64,000 nucleotides of DNA from Ginglymostoma cirratum (GCA_024137785.1 JAHRHZ010000267.1:21537307-21601306), one strand, 5' to 3'. Positions 38,962 through 51,780 are shown, counted from the first letter of the stretch. The notes: generated from the letters alone by a model not told the origin. Program-made: numbers and translations.

Positions 38962-39300
38962 TTATTTGGCCCAAGTGAGCTGTAACCAAATCAGAGTGAA
39001 AGGAAGCAGAAGTAGTAGATAGGTACTGCTTCAGAGGGCTTAGGTGTGGAACTTGATGAGGTGCCTTGCAGGATAACTGTGCGGGAATACACATCAATTT
39101 GCTGGGTGTATTGGCTGGTCTGCCAAACAGGCTCCTGTTAGTGCCAATGAGCCTGGAGGTATCTAGCTCCAATGTAATAAGGTGCTTGATGCAGTGTCTG
39201 CCCTGTCTGCAAACACTTCCACATCTTGGTGCTAGCTGCAAAGTCAGGAACATTGCATTGCTGACCCCATGCCTGTTGCAGTCTTCATGTGGACAGACCA
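38040..39300 (+). mobile_element. Harbinger transposon Myb/SANT-gene remnant
   Basis: W..I..VNS..RTWQQ (38129-38190, frameshifted) resembles the Myb_DNA-bind_5 W..IA..VN..RT..QC.K motif; HKHREHSITGG (ORF 38483) resembles the NRRE..TGGG motif. Confidence 0.55.
38928..38958. repeat. (TA)n microsatellite
   Basis: Directly visible. Confidence 0.97.
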
Positions 39301-39382
39301 CCTAATTCCCTGTTATCCTGCGAGGATGCAGCAACAAACTCTGGCAAGTATACCGAAACGCCTCCAAAGACACCCTTCAGCA

Positions 39383-39506
39383 CTCTGAAGGGTCCCGACC
39401 CGAAACGTCAGCTTTCCTGTTCCTCTGATGCTGCCTGGCCTGCTGTGTTCCTCCAACTCCACACTGTATTACCTCAGACTCAAGGATCGGCAGTTCTTAT
39501 TATCTC
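39383..39506 (+). mobile_element. Penelope terminal repeat (hammerhead core with 3-nt deletion)
   Basis: CTGAAGGGTCCCGACCCGAAACGTCAGCTTTCCTGTTCCTCTGATGCTGCCTGGCCTGCTGTGTTC. Confidence 0.88.
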
Positions 39507-41867
39507 TACGTCTGATATCATGTCCTCAGGACTGCTGTTAATGCCAATGATCTTCTCCCATAACCCAGTTCATGCTGGACCCAGTATCCATTTACTTTAT
39601 TATCAGTGTATATGATTTACAGATTTTTAAATGTTTGCAGTATAGAAGACCATCACACAAATAATCGGGGTTAATACATAACCCTTAATCATTAAAGCAC
39701 AATGTGTGAAACTCTTTAAAATGAACAACTTAACTTTTATAAGTGGCTTCCTCAAAAACTCAACAGGACTTTCAGATAAAAAGATGGTGCATTTATAGCA
39801 CAGAGAGAGGCCAGTTGGTGTCTGCAAGGCTGAGAAATTACTTACCCAGAGTGTTACCACTTTCTAACATTTGGTCTTAAATATTAAACATGAAAGGTAA
39901 ACTAGATTTAAACATGGTTCATCTTGCAGTCCACATAAGGTGACCGAGTAACCTAGCAGTAAGAAGGCAAAGACTGAATGATATTCGTAATTCAGTATTA
40001 TTGTCGTGAGGCCTTTCAGTCCCTGTTGATCCCTGTTGTAATGCAGTCTGGGAAGTGTGAAATAGACACAATCACTGATGGACAATTCTGCAACCTCTTG
40101 ACAAAATTCCACACTAGAACTCAACATCAGCCCTGGAACCTCCAGGAATTAAACATTAATCTCCTCAATACTGCATGTGAGCAACATACAAGAATATAGA
40201 TGCTTTGAAAAAGTCAAGTTTTTGTCAAAATTCCTATAACATTTCTATTAATTTGATTAGAAATGGATACAGAAATGGCAGGTCATCTGATCAAACCTGG
40301 AGAAGTGTGTCCAACCAGATACAGTAACCCTACCTGATACACACATCTTCAACCTGGGCCAAGCAAGTGCTTCAACCAAAGGAACACTTTGTGGGATCAC
40401 GAGAGACAGGGCAAGTAGTAGGCATCCAAAAAAAGAAACGCACAATGTCATACAAAATATCTGCTGGAATCTCGTTTGAAATGAAGACACATTTTTAAGG
40501 CCGTAATAAGTTTATTACTTCCTTGTATAATGAATATTTAAATATGCTTAATTTTTCAAGTCATGTGTTATTGGACCAAAAGTAGTGCATCAAACACCTG
40601 CTGTCTGGTTTACCCTTTACAGCTCAGGATTTTGAGTGTGCAAAACTTCTGCAGATCAGAGACAGCCATTCGTTTTATCCGTCAGTTCACTTAACCAACT
40701 GTGAAGTCATGAGAATATCTAAATCCTTTGAGGACTGCGATATTTCAGCCTTCAAGTCATAGACTGCAATGTTTCCATTTCTTCACAATACTCTCAGAAT
40801 AAATTTGTGTTCTAGGTTCTGCACCAAACTAGGTTGAAACATTTATCACAACAAAGTCTTGGAAAACCCACACATGTAAAATGCGTGCTGATATTAAATG
40901 AATAAATAGAGTGTTTTGAAAGCTGAATAGATCTATCAGTATTCAACAGATTAAATCCTTGGAGAATCACAAGACACTTGGACATCACTGCACCACTTGG
41001 GATGCTTGGTCTCTCTGGCCTGTATAATAACATAAAACTTTTACATGTATTATTGTCGAGGTACAAAATATAGAATAACAGATTGTTGGGAATGTAATAC
41101 AAAGGTACATGTTGCCCCAAGAGATTACATATGCCTTTGTAATTCATCTCCCGACCATCTGCTATTTTTAAGCCTTTGTCTCTCTAAGTAAGCCAAGCAT
41201 CAGCCTGGTTTAGTAATCTGCAGAACTGAAAACACGATGTGTAATTAAAAAGCACGCAATAAACATATGACAATGTAGGAGAGGTGGTGAGATACAGAAA
41301 ATTGTAGTTGCGTAGCTATCCAGAATTCCTGGCTCAGCTATTGCATATCCAAATGGAGCACAATTCTCTGTGCATTGTCGTCTTACCACCTCTCTACCGA
41401 ATACACCAATCCTCATCGTGCTCTATAAGTGAAATTATTTAGGCTAACATAGGCCTCAGTTTCTTACCGGGACAGAGACAGCATCTCTGCCCCAGTGAAA
41501 ATTCTGAAATTTGGCTCGACCTCTTTCATAGTGGCAGGGCAGGATTGGGAGTGAACTGTGGTTTGTCCATGCAAGTTCCCAGAGGCAACTGACGAGTCAA
41601 ATGACCTGCTGTCTCCTCTAAAATGGGATTTTGGAATCCCATAGGTGTGGAGAAGTGTACATCTGTTCTTAATACCTCTTTGGAGAGCTGAGGTTGCCCC
41701 TCCAGGGCATCTTGGTGGTGGGTGGGGTGTGCAGAGGGTGAGGGCACCTCTTATCCTATGGGGGCAGGGGTCAGATGCCCTTTGGAACAGTTAACTATGG
41801 AGAAAATTATCCATAAATGGTGCATAAACTCATGGGAACTGTCAAAATCTGTCAACAAGTGTCAACT

Positions 41868-42530
41868 TGTGAATAAGTATCCTGGAGTGTCAAAGTGTGG
41901 GGGTTACCATTGACCAGAAATTGATCTGGACTAGCCACTTAAATAGTGTAGCTGCAAGAGCAGGTCAGAGGCTAGAAATACACTGGCAAGCAACTCACCT
42001 TCCGACTCCCCAAAGCCTGTCTATCACCTACAAGGTACATGTTAGGAGTGTAACACAATACTCTCCAATTGCCTGATCAGTACAGTTCCAATAACAATGA
42101 AGAAGCTTGACGCCTTCCAGGACAAAGCAACCCGCTTGACTGGTAGCTCATCCAACACCTTCAATATTGACTCTCTCCACCAACGACAGAGTAGCAGCAG
42201 CTTGTAAAACATGCCCTGCAACAAATCGCCAAGTCTGCCTAGAGGTCACCTTTCAAAACCATGACCTCTATCACCTAAAAAGTCAGCAGATATAGAGAAA
42301 CAGCTAAGCTTGCAAGTTTCCCTCCAAGCTACACACTATTCTGATTTGGAACTAAATCATCGTTCCTTTACTCTCACCACGTCAAAATCCTTGAACTCTG
42401 TCCTCAATATTGCTGGATGTACTTCCATCACGTTGACTGCAGTGGTTCAAGCAAGCACCTCTCAATCATCGTCTCCAGGACAATTAGTGAAGGATAATAC
42501 ATGCTGGCCTTGCCAATGGAAAATAAAATC
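41868..42530 (+). mobile_element. CR1/L2-clade LINE 3' portion (second family)
   Basis: GGGGTTACCATTGACCAGAAATTGATCTGGACTAGCCAC (GVTIDQKLIWTSH); CCCCAAAGCCTGTCTATCACCTACAAGG; tail TGCTGGCCTTGCC. Confidence 0.9.
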
Positions 42531-44104
42531 TCCAAACACCCATTAGGGACAGAGAACAAAAATAGGTCTATAACTTAGATTTCAACATTTCAGGCTACAT
42601 TCCAGAGAGAAAAGCACTGTCATTCAATCTTTATTTTATTCATGGGATATTTGATTTATTGATTAGGCCAGCATTAATAGTGATTATTGCTCATGCTGGA
42701 TAATAGGTGGGTTGGCATGGAAAAAGGGGAGAAATAGGTAACAGATGGGTTTGCAGTTAGTTGGCATAGGGGCTATAAAAGACCAGGGTATGATGGATCC
42801 ATATGGGTATGAGCGTCCATGGGAAACAGCCATAGATTAGCAGAGGTAGTATGAGGAGCTGTGGGTTATGGCTGGAAGAGCATAAGTTTGATGGACGCGG
42901 TATAGGAGGTGAGAGTAGAATCTAGTTTTAAACTTTGTATACAGTGCCCAGACAGTCTTTTTGCCCAGCTTGCCTCAGGGAAGGGGAATGATCTTGTGGC
43001 AATTTTAACATCACCTGATCCTATTTCTAATCCAGATCCCAGGCCTGGACTGAACATCCGAAATGTGGCTGGACAATTTTAAAGATCAGGTGAAAGGAAC
43101 CCCGCTTTCTTTCACCTCTGTGCTCCCAATCCGGGGATGGAAATTAGAATCTTAGTATGAATTTCAAAAACCCACTCATGTACTTGTACTCTCACTGAGA
43201 AGGTTGAAAACTCATTTTGCATAGGGATACTCACAGTCAAAAACTTCATGACACTGGTCTGGACTTGAACGTGTGTCCCAGAGAAGAAGGAATAAAACAA
43301 TATGATATGTCACCAGACATATTTGAAGATACGGTTTTCAAAATAAAAATATAGGCACGGAGACAAAATTTTGTCTTCAGACAGTTATGTTAAATGGTTA
43401 ATATCAATTAAGCTGCCTGTGATATACATCTCCTGATAATTTTCAATGAAATATAATAGGCCATTTTAAACTATCACCCAAAGTCAAAACAGTCAGCAGA
43501 ATTCCCACATTTGTTCAGTACTTAAAGGGATGAAAATATATGGCGATAAATATACACAGCAGCTTATTTTCCTCTTCCTCACCCCAAAGGGAACATTTTA
43601 TTATCTCAGTCATGCGTAGGCTTTCAGCAAGTAAAGCCGTTGCTGATGAGTGAACTCACTGTGGTTTTAGTTGACTAAAATCTGGTTAGTCAGTTAGGAA
43701 ATGTGTACTTGCAGCGTGTTTTTTTCCTTAATCTCTCCTTCACAGTTTTCCCTCCTCTGACAATAATTATTTTCCTATAATTCTAAACCTTTTGCAATAT
43801 CATACGCCTTAGCCTCGTGGTTTTGCTGTGAGCCTCAGGACGGTGTTATGAATTATTGCATTTCAAAATTATTAAACAATCTTGGATTTCAGCAAATATT
43901 AGTCACTTGTAAATAGCTGTTGATCTCTCCTGTTTGGGCTCAGGCTGTTTGTTTTATTCATATCTGATTTATTACCGTGTTTCTTGCCTGCGGAAGTGAA
44001 AAGACACAATGACAATGCTTTAACGTATTTTATAGGTCACATCAAGCACCCATTATAGTGAGTAGCATATTGTTCTAACACTGGATCAGTTCCAGTTAAA
44101 CCTT

Positions 44105-44240
44105 TTTGGGACTCTTTTGTGGGATACAGATATTGCTGGCTACACTAACATATATTACCCATTCCAAATTGCCCTTGAGAAAGTGGTGGAAAGTTGTCTT
44201 CTGGAACTCCTGCAGTCCTAATGGTGTAGGTACACCCACT
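44105..44240 (-). mobile_element. LINE/SINE 3' tail fragment
   Basis: GCTGGCTACACTAACATATATTACCCATTCCAAATTGCCCTTGAGAAAGTGGTGG; same tail family as 1274-1360, 42625-42680 and 45765-45840. Confidence 0.75.
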
Positions 44241-46689
44241 CAACAATTGGGAAGAGTCTCAGACTTGCAAAAGTAGGCACTAGAAAAGAAGCTGTGTTGA
44301 CTGAAATGGAACAATACATGCTGCTGCACGTGCTTCAGTGGATCACCTAATTCTAACAAAGAAGGACACAAGAGTGTTGGTATTGCTTGCATTGCCTCAA
44401 GCTTCTGATCCAAAGATTTATAGATACACAAAGCTTTTTTGAAAAAATATTTTACAAGATCTTACAACTCAATGAAAATGGTGAAGAGCACATCCCTATT
44501 TGTAAGCATCTGCATAAGTGAAAAGTTCTGGTGTTGGTGCAAAAATTCTGCCCCAGTAAAATCCTCTAAGGGTTTAAAAATGGAATTTTCTCTTTTGGCT
44601 TGGGGCACTGACTGTTAACTGTGCAAGTGATTTACTGTATACATTTTAACAATGTCAATATGTTATCTTTTGCTACCTACGAGGTAAAATCCACAATAAA
44701 TACAAGTTTTTGACAATATACTGTGCCAATAAATATTTCAATGTACAAAATAATGCTAAACGCTCAATGCTTTTAAATGTTCCATAGGTTTCTTTTCCAG
44801 CTGAAAGCATCAAGCTTTGCAATAACCAGCAGGAAAACAAAAGCTGTGACTTTCAAATGCTAGAAAGTGTTGCTAAGCTACGAGCTCCAAAACTCTGAAC
44901 AATCATTTAGCCAATATTAATTCAAACGATTGTATCTTTAAGTTAATTTATCAGGAATGACTGGCAAACTTATTAAAATTGTTCTCGAAATCTGATAATT
45001 TTAAATGTGCCCAGTTATTCATTTATCACAGAGATTTCATCAGCATGACTAAAGCTTCAATCAGAAACATGAATATTATGCCTTTAAAAAAAAACAAATC
45101 GTGCTCCAATACTTGGCCCATTACTCAGCATTTAATTTGCAGCTGACCTAGTATAAAAGCTGACAGGAAGATTACTTTTTTTAACAAGCCAAATTAGATG
45201 AAGTTTTGTTAGGATATGAATTCATAGTTTTGACTCTCAGAGTTCAAATGCAACCGAGTTCAGGCATCTTAAAGCAGCCCATTAATCCAAATAAATTTTA
45301 AATGGGATCATAGCCCTCGCGCATCAGCATGGAGGCCTTTCTGCCAAAATGTTGACTGGAAATCAATTTGTTGAGGACTGCTAATTATTACGATGAAAAA
45401 GTGCAGAGACCTATCAGTCAATATATTTCAGTATGAAATTAAAGATTTATTTAACTGCATTCAACTTGTGTAAGAGTGCACAGGTTGATAGTGCTGTTAA
45501 GATGAGTATCATTAATCTAGAAATACAAAATTTTGCACCTGTTTACAGAGCCAAAAAGGAATTGTTTGTCAAAACTACTGAATATTTAATCTCCATGGTA
45601 GGCATTTTTATTAGTCTTGCTTCTTAGACAAAAATTGTTCCCAACAGCACACACGTATTTCAACCCTGACAAGCAAATTAACTCTGCAGGGTGAAATATT
45701 GAGTGCTACATTGGAAGATATTCTGCACAAGGTATTGTTCACCGAATACAACCATATTATGCCATCTTTATTCATTTGGGAGATCTAAGTGTCTCTGGCA
45801 TGCCCAGCATTTACTATCAGTTCCTAATTGCCCTCGAGTAGGCACAAAAATTCATCATTTTATTCTTTAGTGTAGTATATAGGATTTAAATGTTTTATTT
45901 TAGTTTTTAAGTACCTACAGTTAAACATGAAAATGGACTTTACTTAGAAAATTTCAGAATGTTGGCGAAAATTGTTTCATAATCTTTTAAGAAGAATTTG
46001 TTTTTATGTAGCAACTTTAAAATCTCAAGCGTCCCAAAGGGTTTTACAGCTTATGAAATATTTAGACATTGCTATAACATCGGATAGACCAAGTTTAAAT
46101 TGGTCAGATGAATGTGACTTTCCTGTAAATGTAAACTGAATCTTAGGTGGTCAAAGCACTTAGAGCTCAGCCAATAGGTGAAAATCTACCTATTGGGTTT
46201 CTATGCAATAATTCCTACCTTTTTATCTTTGATCCAGAACTGGCAATCCTGATTTTAGAATGCTGCAGTTATATTGGGAAGTTCTGCCATTGTCCTTTGA
46301 TCTGGATTGAAATTTAAACTCTGGATGAAATGAGGTCAGCGTTGTCTGAATTGAACTCAGGTGGAGAAATTCAACTTACTGTTGCATGTGAACATAAGAA
46401 CTAGGAGCAAGAGCAATTCTGCCCCTCAAGCCTGCTGCACCATTGAAGATCATGGCTGATCTCAGCTCAGCTTCAACTCCATTTTCCTGCCTACTCCCCA
46501 TATTCCTTCAACTCATTACTTATCAAAAAGCTGTCTATTTCCTCCTTAAATTTACTAAATGTCCCAACGTCCACTACACTCTGGAGTAGCGAATTCCTTA
46601 TCTTTAACCCTCTGAAAGAAGTAATTTCTCTTTGTCTCTGTTTTAAATCTGCTACCCCTTATTCTAAAACTATGACCTCTCATTCGAGA

Positions 46690-47303
46690 GATAAAAGGTA
46701 CTGCAGATGCTGGAGAATCCGAGATAGCAAGGTGTGGGGCTGGATGAACACAGCAGGCCAAGCAGCATCGTAGGAGCAGGAAAGCTTGAATTTTCGGGCC
46801 TAGAATCTTTCTGATGAAGGGTCTAGGCCCGAAACGTCAAGCTTTCCTGCTCCTNNNNNNNNNNNNNNNNNNNNNNNNNNNNNNNNNNNNNNNNNNNNNN
46901 NNNNNNNNNNNNNNNNNNNNNNNNNNNNNNNNNNNNNNNNNNNNNNNNNNNNNNNNNNNNNNNNNNNNNNNNNNNNNNNNNNNNNNNNNNNNNNNNNNNN
47001 NNNNNNNNNNNNNNNNNNNNNNNNNNNNNNNNNNNNNNNNNNNNNNNNNNNNNNNNNNNNNNNNNNNNNNNNNNNNNNNNNNNNNNNNNNNNNNNNNNNN
47101 NNNNNNNNNNNNNNNNNNNNNNNNNNNNNNNNNNNNNNNNNNNNNNNNNNNNNNNNNNNNNNNNNNNNNNNNNNNNNNNNNNNNNNNNNNNNNNNNNNNN
47201 NNNNNNNNNNNNNNNNNNNNNNNNNNNNNNNNNNNNNNNNNNNNNNNNNNNNNNGATGCTGCTTGGCCTGCTGTGTTCATCCAGCCCCACACCTTGCTAT
47301 CTC
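46690..47303. mobile_element. Penelope-derived fold-back (inverted terminal-repeat pair) with target-site duplication; contains the 400-N gap (46855-47254)
   Basis: Left arm CGAGATAGCAAGGTGTGGGGCTGGATGAACACAGCAGGCCAAGCAGCATC is the exact reverse complement of 47255-47304; flanked by GACCTCTCATTC(G/T)AGA at 46674-46689 and 47304-47319. Confidence 0.92.
46808..46842 (+). ncRNA. Minimal hammerhead ribozyme motif (Penelope type)
   Basis: CTGATGA (46811-17), A, GGGTC-TAG-GCCC stem II region, GAAA, CGTC; palindromic ACGT stem III; GUC cleavage triplet at 46836-38; stem I only ~3 bp. Confidence 0.7.
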
Positions 47304-47574
47304 GACCTCTCATTCTAGATTGTCCTACATGGAAACAGCCTTTCTATGTTTTTTTTTATCACGACAGCTTGAATTTATAACACTTATGTTAACATTTGTA
47401 GTAAACTATTTCTAGTGTTTCTAAGATGCAATATATCACATTTTATGGCTTGATATCTCTTAGTCAGGCTATCATTTCATGGTAAATCAGAGGTTTTGCA
47501 GAAAGCATACATTTCACTTCTGCGCTGTATTACCATTAATAAAATGTTACTGCATGATAATGAAACTATATAGA

Positions 47575-47720
47575 AACTAAGCCATATTACAGATATTAGG
47601 ACAGAAGGTCAAAAGCTTGGACAAAGAAGTAAGTTTTAAGGAGCATCTTTAAAGGAAGGAAGAGTATTACAAAAGTGGAAAGGTTCAGGGAGAAATTCAC
47701 AAGTTTACGATCTAGGCTGT
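47575..47720 (-). mobile_element. L2-like LINE 3' fragment
   Basis: GATATTAGGACAGAAGGTCAAAAGCTTGGACAAAGAAGTAAGTTTTAAGGAGCATCTTTAAAGGA. Confidence 0.7.
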
Positions 47721-48569
47721 TGCATCAGAATCCTTGACTGGAACCACAGCCCCGTTCTTTTAGTCAGTTGGTGTCCAATACCTAATTCCCTAATTTCCCT
47801 TGTGCTCCAGACCAGCAGAGCCTTCTGCATGAAGGAATCACTTCAGTGACTGGCCATTTGACTTCCCCCCGCCTTAGCCTCTTTTCACTTATAAATCTTG
47901 CCAAGGGACAAAACTGATTTCATTCAAAAGACCTGCAGTTTTGTCAGACTCTGTCTAAAAAAGAAATTCTAAAAACAATATCTTTATGTACTGACTCCAG
48001 TGTTAGCTTTTAAATATTTTGCTGACTCTGTGTCTTTCTGTGTTTTTTAGTTTGTGTATGTAGCGATCTATAAATAAATCTTCTCTTAATCGAGAGGCAT
48101 TGGCTTCTTAGCCTTCCAAAGGAACTTGGTTGATTATCTCATTTGATCACCAATGAATTATACATCTAAATTAAGGGTCAATTGACAGATCAAGGACAGC
48201 AACTCATGTATGGCGTATATCAACATACGGACTTCAGGCCACATTAGACTCAGTCGGCTTATGGAAACCACTTCTATTCTGTGAACAAAAGGAAAAAATG
48301 TTGAGAAAAATTGTTGGAAACAAATAGACAGATCATCCTCTCATTTTCGTATAACGGTCATTCTCAACACTTATTTGTGTTAACATTTATACCGCTATTA
48401 ACACTTCCATGAAGCTATTTCTAATGTTTGTGATATTCAATGTACCACATTTATAGCTTGATATCTATTGGCCAATTTCCAGGCCAGTACTTCATGAAAA
48501 GTCAGAGATTTTGCAAAAACCACACATCCTCCTCCTCTGCTGTATCACCATTAATTTGTCAATGCTGGA

Positions 48570-50480
48570 AATGAAATTTTGGGAAGAAAGACCAAGGGGT
48601 TGTAAGAACTACAATGGCAGTTTAAGGATTTGGCAATATTTTTAACAGAACCTCAGGATTCAGGAAGGGTGCATAGATTCCACAAATAGTGGAAAGACAG
48701 GTCTTAGAGTCTCTCCTTCGTTGATCCTCGATATCAGCACTTGCTTGACTGTTCCTAAGATCTGTGGGAAATAGATGAGCTCATAGGGTTGCATATTCCC
48801 CAATCTCTGAATGATGGACATCGGCAAGTCAGTGGGGAAAATACAGCATGATCAGCAGAACTGAAATTTCCAATGTTGAAGGAAAGAAGTTTGATTCTGC
48901 AACCTCTGTTTGAATGGCAAGACGAGTGGGTGGCAAAAGGCCTAACTGCATCCATCTGCATGTATCAGCATGCCATTAGACATAATGTCGCCTCCTTAAA
49001 ATGCAACTTGTTATTTTTCCACTCACAAGATAGAAAATAGACAACAACAATTCCCAACATGAAAGCATACCTTACAACTACAGCTTGCCACTTGCTCTGA
49101 GGGACCTCTATCTTTGGTATCTGTCACCAACATCTCACACTCCATGGATAGTAACTACTATCACATGCTGTCCATGGACACTGGCACTGGATATGTACCA
49201 ATCTCACTGCACCCTCATGGCACATCTCTGACCCACTCGCAATACAATTCTGTACTTTAACAGTGCACTATGGAGAGCACCAGCATCTTTCATTGCAATG
49301 CTGCTGCCTGGACACTGTGCACACGGACAGGCATCCATCTGATGGACTTAACCAAGGTGCCCCTCAGGGATCCTCATTTACTATTCTCGCATTCCATAAC
49401 TATGCACCTTCTTGCACAGACATCAGTCAGGAGTCCAGTCACTCATCAGTCCGGGCTGTCTGTCCAAGTTGGTCGGGGGGTGGTGTAGGTAGTCAATCCA
49501 ATGAATGGGGTTTATTAGGGGTCATTGCTGCTTTAGCAAAGTTAGGGAAGTCATTTCTGCAGATTGGAATCAGGATGTTGGAATGCAGATGGGACAATAA
49601 CTGGGAATGGGGGTACTCAACATACAAGGCATGGGGATGATAGTACTTCGGAGGACGTGAATTCCTGTGGGAGCGGGAATCATCAGAGGTCATAACCAAC
49701 CTGGCTTTAATGGAGAGGACAGTGAAGCGTTACCATTGGCATTGGCATGACAAGCATGTAGGACCAAGGCCAGGTGCAATCGTGGGACACAAAGCAATAA
49801 TTCATTGTGGTGTTTGGGAACGTGTGGAAGGTCAGTACTGATGGAGTCAACAGGGAGAGCAAGGAAGAAAGAAAGAAAGGAACACCCAGGATTAGGAGCA
49901 CCTCTTGATTACCAGGCAGAGCTTGTGACTCACTCTGTCAAGTGAAACCTCCATTGCCTTCCATTCTCATGCAAATCAAAAATATGTAATGAAAATGAAA
50001 ACTGGCTGCAAACGCAGCTAGAGTGGGTAGAGTAAGTGTTTTCTTTCCAGTCTGAGCACATGGGCTATACTTTTGAGGGATGTGAGGCCTGTGAGGGGCA
50101 ATTGTATCAATCATGTACATTCACAGTAAAGGTTGAGACCATTGGTAATCATTGTATCCTGTATGTGGAATGCCACAGTGCCCAATTGTATGGGATACAA
50201 ATCCTGGTCGCAAGCAATCTTGCCCATGTCCTTGGTTATTGTCAATTGGAAGTAGTCACCTCTGTGAAGAAGAAATAATCACAAACGTCAACTGGGTGCA
50301 ACAATTCACACAAAAAAAAATCCAGGATCCCAAAGGCTACATGGGGGCACGGAGCTGATCGCTCCTGATCTTCTGCACTTTTGCTGTTGTTGGACAAAAG
50401 TGAACATTTTCAATGACAGGAAGGCTTTCCAGTGTGTGATGCCTCCACATTGAACAATGATTTCTGGTAAAATTCAGCCC
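48570..50480. mobile_element. Decayed Harbinger-like DNA transposon
   Basis: Right TIR-like GGTAAAATTCAGCCC (50466-50480); minus strand ~49900-49990 reads FDLHENGRQWRFHLT..KLCLVIK across a frameshift, like the Harbinger transposase N-terminus; left boundary uncertain. Confidence 0.4.
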
Positions 50481-51224
50481 ACAGTTTTCAAGAAGTTCTG
50501 GGATCATATAACATTGAGAATGTAGTCTCAGGGCTTGTTTGTTCTAAAAAGGGCATTGTGGTATGGGAACTGAACTCAAATTGCCCAACAACCATGCCAA
50601 ACAACAGACCTCCATCACCTTAACGTATTCCTGCCTAATAATTAACCTCCTCCTGTGAACCATCCATAGCCCCTTAGTCCACGCTTAAGTAATCCAACAA
50701 CCACTTGCCCCATTGTCTTTACTTCTTTGCCTTACAGCATTTAAGCATAACTTTTCCACTCCTTAAAACTAATGGAAGGAAGTTCAAAGCTGGGAATAAG
50801 TTATTTCCTGATGTTCCCCTGACCTTTGCCAGAAGCACAGAAGCTGAAAATGCAGAGCAACCGTTAGGGAGTTTGGCAGTCGTAACCACAGATTTCCATA
50901 AAGAATTCAAACTTAGCCAAGAAAATATCTTAAAAGTTGACTTTATACTGTTTCCAAGTTTCCTAGTTCAATGTTCAATGAAGCCTCAAAAAAATGATCT
51001 GGAAGACAGAAGTTCTTTAACTCACTGTTGAGGCACATAAGAAACAATTGTCACTTGAGTGAAATATACAATGGAAATCAGTGCCCAATAAATAAATTCA
51101 TGCACTGTCCTCTCTTCAGGAATGAAGGGCAAAGCTTATTACAATAAAATTAATGCAAACTATTTAGGTTATACCTTAATGTGTCAACTGCTCTTGAACC
51201 AGATTTCAATTCTGAAAATTGATG

Positions 51225-51780
51225 AGGGCGGTGGTTCAATTGGGGAATACAGCCAGAGGCATGTCCACAGCACCAAGGGTTACTCAGTTCGGCTTGGTGG
51301 GGAGGATGGGGGAGGGAAGGGGGTTATAAGGAAGGCTGGAAGAGCAGTAACGACAGGTGAGGGAGCAGATAGATGTTTTAATAGCTGCAGATGTGTGAGG
51401 CTAGGATGGTGCGTTGCCTCCCTGCTGTCAATGCTATCACTGGGCATCCTGAGGGGAGAGAGCAAACAGCCTACACACATGGTCCACCATGGAACCAGTG
51501 CCTTTGGGTAGAAAAAGGGATGTCCTGCAGCCAGAATTTAGGAGCTAGGTACAAAATTAGCAAACAGGACCTAAAATGTAGTCATCTTCAGGTTACTTTT
51601 CGTGCCACAAGCAAATGAGTATAGAAATAGGTGAATAAAACAGATGAGTGCATAGCTGGAAAGTTGACACGAGGGACAGATTTAGGAACACTGAGACAGG
51701 GACCAGCAAGATATAGTCTGTGCAGGCCAGAAGGCTTTTACTTCTCAGACGCTGGGGTACAGGATACAATTTTGGTACGT
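51225..51780 (+). mobile_element. CR1 ORF1 (SGNH esterase domain) remnant
   Basis: Across frames: RAV..G..GADRCF, RMVRCLP, GILRGESKQP..MVHHGT, RT..VVI.GLL.VP.A.EYRNR, matching the CR1 ORF1 GDS..RMVCCLPGA..VVHVGTND pattern. Confidence 0.85.

Larger units (their letters stand above)
46390..47345 (-). mobile_element. CR1 3' fragment split by a Penelope fold-back insertion
   Basis: GAACATAAGAACTAGGAGCA tail on plus; minus ORF RGHSFRIRGSRFKTETKRNYFFQRV; resumes after 47304. Confidence 0.88.

Noticed and set aside
43643-43665. CTGATGA-GTGAACTCAC as a hammerhead or box C snoRNA
   Set aside because: No GAAA after the stem; no properly spaced box D with a terminal stem
43718-43745. Strong plus-strand polypyrimidine tract plus CAG acceptor
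   Set aside because: No convincing downstream donor or coding frame found
46814-47380. Long ORFs of 155-188 aa
   Set aside because: Artefacts of translating through the N gap
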